Assembly (NCBI GenBank): GCA_013306035.1
Contig: JABUBF010000006.1
Location: 30,001-62,000 of the forward strand
Source of the DNA: Nitrososphaerota archaeon
GTDB lineage: Archaea > Thermoproteota > Nitrososphaeria > Nitrososphaerales > UBA57
DNA: 32,000 nucleotides
Direction of reading: 5' to 3'
The notes beneath the pieces are model-generated. The model was given only the letters and a program-made list of their open reading frames with translations. It was not told the DNA's origin and did not search any database. The translations under genes and the position numbers were made by a program. Position 1 is the stretch's first letter, and each line of letters starts with the position of its first letter. Shown in pieces: positions 8,844 to 15,611 of this stretch.

Positions 8844-9215
8844 TTATTGAGTATTAGCACCTGTTGTACTTCTTTTCATTGCCTCATCAAGCTTTTCTTG
8901 CACTTCTTTAAGACTCTCTTTCAATCTTTCTTCTTGTTTGTTTAATACTGTTATTTTTGTATTTGAAAGATCCTTTGATTCTGTTAAATTTTTTACTACA
9001 TCTGCTTTGTTACTCGATACCATTACTGTACCTGCAGATTTGTATACTTTCACATCATCTGCCGATTTATTTAATTCTTCTAACGCTTTATCGATCTCTA
9101 TACTTTCCAAATCAATTTGTTGTTTCTGTACTAAAATTGATTGTAGATTCTGTTGTAATTGTTCATATCTTTCTAATTGTTCTTTTAACCATGGTGGCAC
9201 CTCTTGATTACTCAT
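8844..9215 (-). CDS. pfdB: Prefoldin beta subunit
   Basis: A 123-aa coiled-coil protein: LKEQLERYEQLQQNLQSI..., a central beta hairpin (VYKSAGTVMV), then a C-terminal coiled coil. It occupies the classic position at the end of the exosome superoperon. Confidence 0.8.
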   Translation of the reverse strand: MSNQEVPPWLKEQLERYEQLQQNLQSILVQKQQIDLESIEIDKALEELNKSADDVKVYKSAGTVMVSSNKADVVKNLTESKDLSNTKITVLNKQEERLKESLKEVQEKLDEAMKRSTTGANTQ

Positions 9216-9251
9216 ACTGTAATCGATTTGCTTTTTACTATAAATAAAGCT

Positions 9252-9485
9252 TTATTCTGTTAGAATATCGTAAGACACTTTTGCTGCACGAATATGAGAT
9301 GATATTTTTGCACGTAGTTCTGATATTTCTTTTGCTTTAATCTCCATAACTAGTTTATCATTTCTAGCTTGAATAGAATCAGTCTCCTTAATATCTTGTT
9401 TTATTGATTCTTTTACTAATTCTGATGATTTTTTATTAGTTTTTATTCTAATCGTTGCTGATATTTTATACTGTTGTTGTTTCAT
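9252..9485 (-). CDS. pcc1: Pcc1-like KEOPS complex subunit (CTAG/Pcc1 family)
   Basis: A 77-aa protein. Its C-terminal helix, AKEISELRAKISSHIRAAKVSYDIL, resembles the Pcc1 LRAs.NS.lR helix. The position between eL43 and prefoldin beta is typical of archaeal superoperons. Its start overlaps the eL43 stop by 20 nt. Confidence 0.55.
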   Translation of the reverse strand: MKQQQYKISATIRIKTNKKSSELVKESIKQDIKETDSIQARNDKLVMEIKAKEISELRAKISSHIRAAKVSYDILTE

Positions 9486-9681
9486 ATGCTGAATCCGCTA
9501 CTTTAAATTTACATTTATTACATGTCCAAATTCCTATTGCAACTCTTTTGAATTTAATTGAATTACATTCAGGACAATTTCTTTTTTGTCGAAGACTTGT
9601 GGTTACTTTTGTATGTTTTTTTCTAACGGAAGCACCGAATTTAGCTCCAAATTCAGTCGTTGTCTTTGTTTTACGAGCCAT
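9466..9681 (-). CDS. rpl37ae: Ribosomal protein eL43 (L37Ae)
   Basis: MARKTKTTTEFGAKFGASVRKK N-terminus and zinc ribbon CPECNS...x14...CNKCKFK, in 71 aa. Confidence 0.9.
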   Translation of the reverse strand: MARKTKTTTEFGAKFGASVRKKHTKVTTSLRQKRNCPECNSIKFKRVAIGIWTCNKCKFKVADSAYETTTV

Positions 9682-10498
9682 TCTTTACTGCCTCTCTTAT
9701 TTTTACTCTTATTTCATCACCTTTTTCTTTTGAAATAACAGAAATTTCTTTTAATTCATCAAAAGTAAAACCTCCAGGTTTACCCTTTTGTCCAGACACA
9801 TATTTTCCATTTTCATCTGTTACTAATGTTACTCTGGCGGTTGCCATTTCTTGCTCATCTGCATTTGGATCTATTATTATTTTGTCTTCTATTTTTGCAA
9901 ATGTTGTTGATACAGGTACTGATTTTATTGGTAATGGCTGTTTTTCGTCTAACATTTTTACTTCATCATTTTCGATTGTAAATTTATTCATATCTGCCAT
10001 TAATAGCGCAGTTGTTGCTGCATAGGAAACTGCATCGAATAAATTACCATCTTCATTAATTACTGCAACGTCGATATACACTGAATATACTCGTTCGCCT
10101 TCTTTAATACACAATTCTTTTATGTCAATCATTCCAGATTCTCTAATTCCTCTATCTGAAACTCTTGATAGTTCTATTGTATTTTCATCTGGTGGTCCAG
10201 GTTCAATATATTGTGAACAAATAGGTAACATCTCTGCATTACAAGTCATTACTCCTTCTGCAGGCGTATCTGGAAATGGGTTTGCAGTTTCAACCTTTAT
10301 TCCTGCCCAAACTTCTGATTCTCCTAGCTTGACTCTTGCAGAACCGTTTGTCTTGTCTTTTAGTATATTTGTTTCTATCTCTAAATTTCTATAATCAAGT
10401 AATCCTCTTTCATCTAATCTAGTAGAATTTGCAAGATTTGAAATTATACTTTCTCTAGTAATTGAATCTACGATTCTATGTTTTTTCACTGCAGGCAT
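9671..10498 (-). CDS. rrp42: Exosome complex subunit Rrp42 (RNase PH-like, non-catalytic)
   Basis: A 275-aa RNase PH-fold protein (RLDERGLLDYRNLEIETN...GSARVKLGESEV). It lies directly downstream of rrp41, as in the archaeal exosome operon. Confidence 0.85.
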   Translation of the reverse strand: MPAVKKHRIVDSITRESIISNLANSTRLDERGLLDYRNLEIETNILKDKTNGSARVKLGESEVWAGIKVETANPFPDTPAEGVMTCNAEMLPICSQYIEPGPPDENTIELSRVSDRGIRESGMIDIKELCIKEGERVYSVYIDVAVINEDGNLFDAVSYAATTALLMADMNKFTIENDEVKMLDEKQPLPIKSVPVSTTFAKIEDKIIIDPNADEQEMATARVTLVTDENGKYVSGQKGKPGGFTFDELKEISVISKEKGDEIRVKIREAVKNGS

Positions 10499-10501
10499 CT
10501 C

Positions 10502-11221
10502 TTATTCCTCCTTGTTCCCATTCTTACCATCGAAATATTTCTCTGATAATGCATCACGTTGTAATTTGTATAGTTTGTCACAACCTGTTTTTGCTAATTC
10601 TAATGCTTTATCAAATTCTTCTTTTGATAAGTTTCCATCTAGTTGAAACAGGGTGATTAAACCTGTATTTGGTAATAATGCTATTGGCATATCCGCTTCT
10701 CCTGTTTTGTCTTCAGTATCGTCCACGTCCAATACAACTTGTCCATCAACTTTACCTGCTGCACATGCAGTTACAAGATCTCTCATGTTAATTCCTGCAT
10801 CTGCTAATGCAGTGGATGCTGCATTTATCGCAGCGCATCTTGAACCTCCATCTGATTGAAGAACCTCAATATATATCTCGATTGCAGTTCTAGGATAATC
10901 TTCCATTATAATTGCTGGCTGTAATGCTTCTCTTATTACTTTTGATATTTCTATCTCTCTTCTTGATATATTTGGTCTTTTTCTTGTATCTGTAGAAAAT
11001 GGCATCATGTGATATCTACACTTTATAATTGCTCTATCTGAAATCATCATATGTTTTGGATGTACTTCCTTTGGTCCAAATACTGCAGCCATGATTTTGT
11101 TTTTTCCAAATTCAATTAATGCAGATCCGTCTGCATTTTTTATTACTCCTGCTTTGATCGAAACATTCCGAAGCTCATCAGGAGCTCTTCCACTAATTCT
11201 CTCTATATTATTTTTTGACAA
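10502..11221 (-). CDS. rrp41: Exosome complex exonuclease Rrp41 (RNase PH-like, catalytic)
   Basis: A 239-aa protein. Motifs are GRAPDELRNVSIKAGVIKNADGSALIEFGKNKIMAAVFGP and SDGGSRCAAINAASTALADAGI (RNase PH phosphate-binding region). Confidence 0.9.
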   Translation of the reverse strand: MSKNNIERISGRAPDELRNVSIKAGVIKNADGSALIEFGKNKIMAAVFGPKEVHPKHMMISDRAIIKCRYHMMPFSTDTRKRPNISRREIEISKVIREALQPAIIMEDYPRTAIEIYIEVLQSDGGSRCAAINAASTALADAGINMRDLVTACAAGKVDGQVVLDVDDTEDKTGEADMPIALLPNTGLITLFQLDGNLSKEEFDKALELAKTGCDKLYKLQRDALSEKYFDGKNGNKEE

Positions 11222-11228
11222 TATTAAA

Positions 11229-11903
11229 TCACTTTGAAATTAAACTTATAACCTTATCGTTAAGATCAGATGTATGCGCTTGATTTCCAATCAATTTTAT
11301 TGCATTTCTTGCTTTTGTTCTTGCTTCATCTGTTCCTTTCAATAATATTGCGCCATTTTGACCTATTGTCATACGACAACCTGTATTTTCTTCAATCAAT
11401 TTGATCATTGCCCCTTTTTTACCAATTACTCTTGGTATCTTTGAGGATGTGATGTATGCTATTTCTCCTTCCTTTATTTTACCTAATCCGGGACCACTAA
11501 CTGAAATTAATGGGTCTCTAGTTCTGTCAAATGAAAGTATCTTTGCTATCAGACATTCTCCTTTATCGAATTGTGATTTCATTGAATCTCTCGAAGAAGA
11601 AAACTGTCTTCCGAACACTGCTGATCCAGTTAATATTCCAAAGAACCATGAATTTATATCTACTTCCCATGCAAAGCCGTTCATATCTGCAACTTTTCCT
11701 ATAACTACGTCATCCATTCTTGGTATATACGTTCCGTTTAATGGTATTACTCTAACTCCATTATATGCAATTTCTGCCATTCCTATTTTAGTACTAATAA
11801 TTTTATTCCCACTTTTTATTACATTTGCAATCGGATTATGATCTCCTTCAATCACTACGTCACCAGGCATGACATATTTTCTTTCTACTGAATTTGTTTT
11901 CAT
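11229..11903 (-). CDS. rrp4: Exosome complex RNA-binding subunit Rrp4 (S1 + KH domains)
   Basis: A 224-aa protein. The N-terminal domain begins YVMPGDVV, followed by an S1-like core (GKVADMNGFAWEVDI) and a KH-like end (IPRVIGKKGAMIKLIEENTGCRMTIGQNG). Confidence 0.85.
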   Translation of the reverse strand: MKTNSVERKYVMPGDVVIEGDHNPIANVIKSGNKIISTKIGMAEIAYNGVRVIPLNGTYIPRMDDVVIGKVADMNGFAWEVDINSWFFGILTGSAVFGRQFSSSRDSMKSQFDKGECLIAKILSFDRTRDPLISVSGPGLGKIKEGEIAYITSSKIPRVIGKKGAMIKLIEENTGCRMTIGQNGAILLKGTDEARTKARNAIKLIGNQAHTSDLNDKVISLISK

Positions 11904-11905
11904 TG

Positions 11906-12619
11906 TTATTCTATCGAATTTGCTATTATATTACCTTTAGTTAATGAATTCAATTTATCAATTAACATAATTTTTGAACCTGGCGATACTAAAATTACAC
12001 TACTTAGTGAACCATCATTATTCCATTCTTCAGATTCCACAGTTCCAAATTTCTTTAATATCCCTATGGATTGTGGTGCATATTGCGCTGGAATTGTAAT
12101 CTTCAATTTACTTATCTCTGATTTCATTGGAATTACCTTCCTCAATTCTTCAATTATGCCCTTGATCTGTTCATCGGTATTTTTAATTGGATCGATACTC
12201 ACTCTTGCTTCTATCAGCGCCTGTTCTATTCTCTGCGCCGGATGTGGAATTTTTGTCTTCGGATCAACATAATTGCCTGAGATTATTGTTATTATTTGCT
12301 TTCGTTTTTCCTCAATTTTCTGTTTTCTTTGTTGAGTATTGAGTAATAATTCACCTTTTTCTAAAATTATTCTCAGAGCTTCTTGATTATTGTTAGTTTT
12401 CAGATGTTTCTTTAACTTCTCATTAGATATTCTTACTCCCTTCTTCGCATCTGCATATATCTCATCAAAAGCAATTGCCTTTTCATATTCATGGGTTTCA
12501 CCTCTCTTAAATCTTAATGCATGATCTGGATCTACAAAAATCTCAAATTTTTCTCCAGAAATTGATAATCTTACTACTGTAAATTTTGAATTAACATTTT
12601 TCTTTTGGAAATCCTTCAT
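11906..12619 (-). CDS. sdo1: SBDS / Sdo1 family ribosome maturation protein
   Basis: A 237-aa protein. The FYSH-domain-like N-terminus is VVRLSISGEKFEIFVDPDHALRFKRG. It is the first gene of the archaeal exosome superoperon arrangement. Confidence 0.8.
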   Translation of the reverse strand: MKDFQKKNVNSKFTVVRLSISGEKFEIFVDPDHALRFKRGETHEYEKAIAFDEIYADAKKGVRISNEKLKKHLKTNNNQEALRIILEKGELLLNTQQRKQKIEEKRKQIITIISGNYVDPKTKIPHPAQRIEQALIEARVSIDPIKNTDEQIKGIIEELRKVIPMKSEISKLKITIPAQYAPQSIGILKKFGTVESEEWNNDGSLSSVILVSPGSKIMLIDKLNSLTKGNIIANSIE

Positions 12620-12647
12620 TTATACAATCTTCAGCAATTAACTTCAC

Positions 12648-12654
12648 ATATAAA
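12648..12654 (-). promoter_or_regulatory. Candidate TATA box for the SBDS-exosome operon
   Basis: The minus strand reads TTTATAT at -35 to -29 relative to the sdo1 ATG (12619). This is the spacing expected for a leaderless or short-leader archaeal transcript. Confidence 0.35.
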
Positions 12655-12668
12655 TCAGTTGATAAATG

Positions 12669-12781
12669 CGGGTCCTAGGGGATTTCCATCGGAAGTCGGA
12701 CCCCTGGCCACCGGATTTCTTTCCTGATGTTAAAAGTCCGGTGCTCTAGGAATTTATACTACCTGGCTGAGCTAAGGACCC
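12669..12781 (-). tRNA. tRNA-Lys (anticodon UUU), 113 nt gene with three inferred insertions
   Basis: - Acceptor stem (minus strand): GGGTCCT / AGGACCC, discriminator G.
- D arm: GCTC / GAGC with a 13-nt insert (12746-12758).
- Anticodon arm: CCGGA CTTTTA[14-nt intron 12717-12730]A TCCGG. This is the canonical 37/38 site; the anticodon is at 12732-12734.
- T arm: stem AGGGG / CCCCT encloses 19 nt instead of 7, so about 12 nt are inserted (likely 12683-12694). Confidence 0.75.
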
Positions 12782-12852
12782 ACAAAAAATAATTAATATT
12801 CACCTATTAGTGTGTTTACTTGTATGTTTATTTCTTATTCAAATATGATAAG

Positions 12853-12969
12853 CGCCCCGGGCGGGAAATTCCGAAATTATTTCAATTTCTTTTGAACCCG
12901 CGTCTAAAGCGTGACAGGCTCCAATGCTAGGCCGAGATGTGCGATTATTGATCTCTACACCACCGGGGC
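12853..12969 (-). tRNA. tRNA-Asp (anticodon GUC), 117 nt gene with two inferred non-canonical insertions
   Basis: - Acceptor stem (minus strand): GCCCCGG / CCGGGGC, discriminator G.
- Anticodon arm: uninterrupted, GGAGC CTGTCAC GCTTT, with the anticodon at 12913-12915.
- D loop: AG[about 18 nt, 12937-12954]CTCGGCCTA.
- T arm: GCGGG TTCAAA[24 nt, 12867-12890]T CCCGC. Confidence 0.8.
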
Positions 12970-13050
12970 TTAATATTTCAAAACATTCTCAAACTATAAC
13001 TCTTTCGAATTTATCATACTTAAAAATCTCAAGATTTAATTATTCGTAGA

Positions 13051-13851
13051 TTGAGTAATCGTGTAAATCTTAGTTACGTTCAATTTAATCCCGAATTTGG
13101 AAATATTGATAAAAATCTAAAAACTGTTTCCAAGTTATTATATAAGGCAAAACCTGGTATTGTAGTTCTTCCTGAATTAATGAATACCGGATATAATTTT
13201 ATCTCTAAAAATGAAGTTCGTGGTTTGTCTGAATTATCAAAAACTGGAAAAACATCTACGTTGATGTCTCAAATTTCATCAGATATTAAATCCACCATTG
13301 TTGCGGGTTTTGTTGAAAAATCAAAAAATCATTACTATAACAGTGCAATGGTTGTATCAAAGGGTAAATTTATTGGCGTATACAGAAAAACACACTTATT
13401 TTATAATGAAAAACAGTTATTCTCCAAAGGAAATACTGGATTTCGAATATTCAATATTGATAATTTTAAATTAGGAGTAATGATTTGTTCGGATTGGATC
13501 TGGCCTGAATCCGCACGAACTCTTGCATTAAAAGGCGCAGATATAATCGCCCATCCTGCAAATCTTATTCTTAAAGGACTTTGCCAACAAACTATGCCAA
13601 TTCGTTGTTTTGAAAATAGTGTTTTTGCTATTACTGCAAATCGAACTGGTATTGAAAAACGTGGTAAAGATTCTTTCCACTATACCGGTCAGAGTCAAAT
13701 TGTAGGACCTAATATGAAAATACTATCTCGTGCTAGATCAAATTGTAATTCTGTAAATTCTGTAAATGTTAATCTATTAAACGCAAGAAATAAAACATTA
13801 TTTAAGAACAACGATCTGATTAAAGATCGAAGAACTAAATTCTATAAATAG
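13051..13851 (+). CDS. Carbon-nitrogen hydrolase family protein (nitrilase / amidohydrolase superfamily)
   Basis: The Glu-Lys-Cys triad contexts are VVLPELMNTGY (E), GVYRKTHLF (K) and LGVMICSDWIWPE (C). Size is 266 aa. It needs a TTG start at 13051. Confidence 0.75.
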   Translation: MSNRVNLSYVQFNPEFGNIDKNLKTVSKLLYKAKPGIVVLPELMNTGYNFISKNEVRGLSELSKTGKTSTLMSQISSDIKSTIVAGFVEKSKNHYYNSAMVVSKGKFIGVYRKTHLFYNEKQLFSKGNTGFRIFNIDNFKLGVMICSDWIWPESARTLALKGADIIAHPANLILKGLCQQTMPIRCFENSVFAITANRTGIEKRGKDSFHYTGQSQIVGPNMKILSRARSNCNSVNSVNVNLLNARNKTLFKNNDLIKDRRTKFYK

Positions 13852-13863
13852 CTTGACGAATTC

Positions 13864-14256
13864 CTATTTGGAATCTTTCTTATTGAGTTTAATATATTTG
13901 TTATCATTTAAATTATAGAATTCCCATTTTCCTCTTTTTGGGTTTGATTTTCTCCTTTTTTCAAATGTCCATGCAAGAATTGGTTCAGCTCCTACTTTCT
14001 TTGCCCATATTTTCAGATATTTTCTTTCCACCTCGTCAATATCACTCAAATATTTAGAAACTTGTATAAACCAAACAATGGTTTTCTTTTTATCTTTTTT
14101 TACTGAAACAATGTCTATTGGATAATATTTTTTTCCATCTACTACTACCATTCCTGCTTTTGAACCAGATCCTCTTATAGCAAACCATCCATTGATTCTT
14201 AGTTTACTTAATAGATTGTGCTCTCTTGCTCTACCTAAAATATACGAATTCGCCAT
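13864..14256 (-). CDS. hjc: Hjc-like Holliday junction resolvase (PD-(D/E)XK nuclease fold), divergent
   Basis: The N-terminus GRAREHNLLSKLRINGWFAIRGSGSK matches the Hjc pattern (G...ERELv..L...Gf.v.R.agS). PIDIVSV corresponds to the PDIIA Asp motif. FIQVSK sits where IEVK/IEMK is expected. The C-terminal part, KKVGAEPILAWTF, resembles the Hjc ...GG.P.LAvkF segment. Confidence 0.55.
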   Translation of the reverse strand: MANSYILGRAREHNLLSKLRINGWFAIRGSGSKAGMVVVDGKKYYPIDIVSVKKDKKKTIVWFIQVSKYLSDIDEVERKYLKIWAKKVGAEPILAWTFEKRRKSNPKRGKWEFYNLNDNKYIKLNKKDSK

Positions 14257-14314
14257 AACTTTGAATATATATTTGTGGAATGTGTTAATAACTATTAGAT
14301 ATGAGAAATTAATT

Positions 14315-14977
14315 ATGAAGTCTTCCTATTTTACTACCCTTATTCAACTTCTTCTTCTTGGAGCAAAAAACCCCATCAAATTATCTACATCTGATCTTGC
14401 CATTTCTATAGATAAAACTCAACAAACTGCATCAATGCATCTTTTATTTCTTGAAAAGAATAATATGATTGCCAGATATAAAATTGATGGAGATGATGTG
14501 ATTCAAATATCTGCATCTGGTTTAAAGTACCTATTGTCTGTAAATCAAAAAATTCAGTCTGCTTTTGATGATAATAGTTCGACTCTTGTTACTGGAAAAG
14601 TATTTTCTGGACTTGGAGAAGGCGCATATTACATATCACTATCTGGGTATAAAAAACAATTTATCTCAAAACTAGGCTATGAACCATATCCTGGAACTCT
14701 TAATCTCAAACTATCCTCTAATCTACATAAACAATTCATAGAGAACTTGTCTAATGTGGATGGGATTATAATTGAAGGATTTACAGATAAAAAACGCACA
14801 TACGGTAATGTTATCTGTTATCCATCAATTATTGATTCAAATATTCAAGGCAGTGTAATTCTTATTGAACGCACGCACCATGATAGTTCTGTTGTCGAAT
14901 TGATTTCTCCTACTTTTCTTCGTAAAAAATTAAAACTTAAAGATGGAGACGAAGTTAAAGTAAATATCTCTGTTTAG
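14315..14977 (+). CDS. rbkR: wHTH-fused CTP-dependent riboflavin kinase (RbkR-type bifunctional regulator/enzyme)
   Basis: The C-terminal domain, GKVFSGLGEGAYYISLSGYKKQFISKLGYEPYPGTLNLKL...ERTHHDSSVVELISP..LRKKLKLKDGDEV, is closely similar to archaeal RibK (MJ0056 type). The N-terminal 90 aa or so look like a winged HTH (LSTSDLAISIDKTQQTASMHLLFLEKNNMI). ATG 14315 is chosen. The track start at 14192 would overlap hjc by 65 nt and adds non-homologous sequence. Confidence 0.8.
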   Translation: MKSSYFTTLIQLLLLGAKNPIKLSTSDLAISIDKTQQTASMHLLFLEKNNMIARYKIDGDDVIQISASGLKYLLSVNQKIQSAFDDNSSTLVTGKVFSGLGEGAYYISLSGYKKQFISKLGYEPYPGTLNLKLSSNLHKQFIENLSNVDGIIIEGFTDKKRTYGNVICYPSIIDSNIQGSVILIERTHHDSSVVELISPTFLRKKLKLKDGDEVKVNISV

Positions 14978-14978
14978 G

Positions 14979-15611
14979 CTAGTTACTTTTACTTTTATAT
15001 TCTTTTCTTAAATGCGAGCTCTTAATATGCGGTATTGGAGAATCTAATTTCTTTATTTTTATTCTTAAATTGTTCGATTTTACAAGTTCTCTTAATTTAC
15101 TTAACTGATGTTTCTGATCATATCCTATAGTAATTACATCAGGTTTTATTTTTTTTACTATTCTAAAAATATCTCCTTTATTTCCTATTAACGTGTAATC
15201 TACATATCTAATCGCAGATACTAAGATTGATCTTCTATTTTCATTATTTATTGGCTTTCTTCCTTTAATTTTCTTTACTCTATCATCTCTTGCAATAGAA
15301 ACAATCAATACATCTCCTTCATCTTTTGATTTTTTCAATGTATGTATGTGTCCTGGATGTATTATGTCATACACTCCACCTGTAAATACAATTATTATAT
15401 TCTTTCTACCTTTATCTGTTAATATATAATTTTTTTTAACTTGTTTAATTAAATTCATAGTTTTCATTTTTGCAATATTTCTATCCAGTTCTTTTTTCTC
15501 TATATCTAAATATCTTTGAATATTACTTACTGATTTTTTTCCTTGTAAATTATTTATATAAATAATCTTCAATATCTTTCTTTCAATTTTATTTATCTTT
15601 ATTTTTACCAC
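14979..15611 (-). CDS. ribL: FAD synthetase RibL (FMN adenylyltransferase, cytidylyltransferase fold) with an N-terminal wHTH-like extension
   Basis: The core, FTGGVYDIIHPGHIHTLKKSKDEGDVLIVSIARDDRVKKIKGRKPINNENRR, matches RibL (GTFDILHPGH...ARD..V.K.KGRKPI). The N-terminal 70 aa or so (KIERKILKII...SVSNIQRYLDIEKKELDRNIAKMKTMNLIKQ) look like a MarR/ArsR-type wHTH. Confidence 0.8.
   Translation of the reverse strand: MVKIKINKIERKILKIIYINNLQGKKSVSNIQRYLDIEKKELDRNIAKMKTMNLIKQVKKNYILTDKGRKNIIIVFTGGVYDIIHPGHIHTLKKSKDEGDVLIVSIARDDRVKKIKGRKPINNENRRSILVSAIRYVDYTLIGNKGDIFRIVKKIKPDVITIGYDQKHQLSKLRELVKSNNLRIKIKKLDSPIPHIKSSHLRKEYKSKSN

Noticed and set aside
13747-13764. A tandem 2 x 9 bp repeat (AATTCTGTA AATTCTGTA) inside the C-N hydrolase gene.
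   Set aside because: It is in frame, encoding NSVNSV in the non-conserved C-terminal tail. It is too short for a structured repeat element and is most simply a small slippage duplication.
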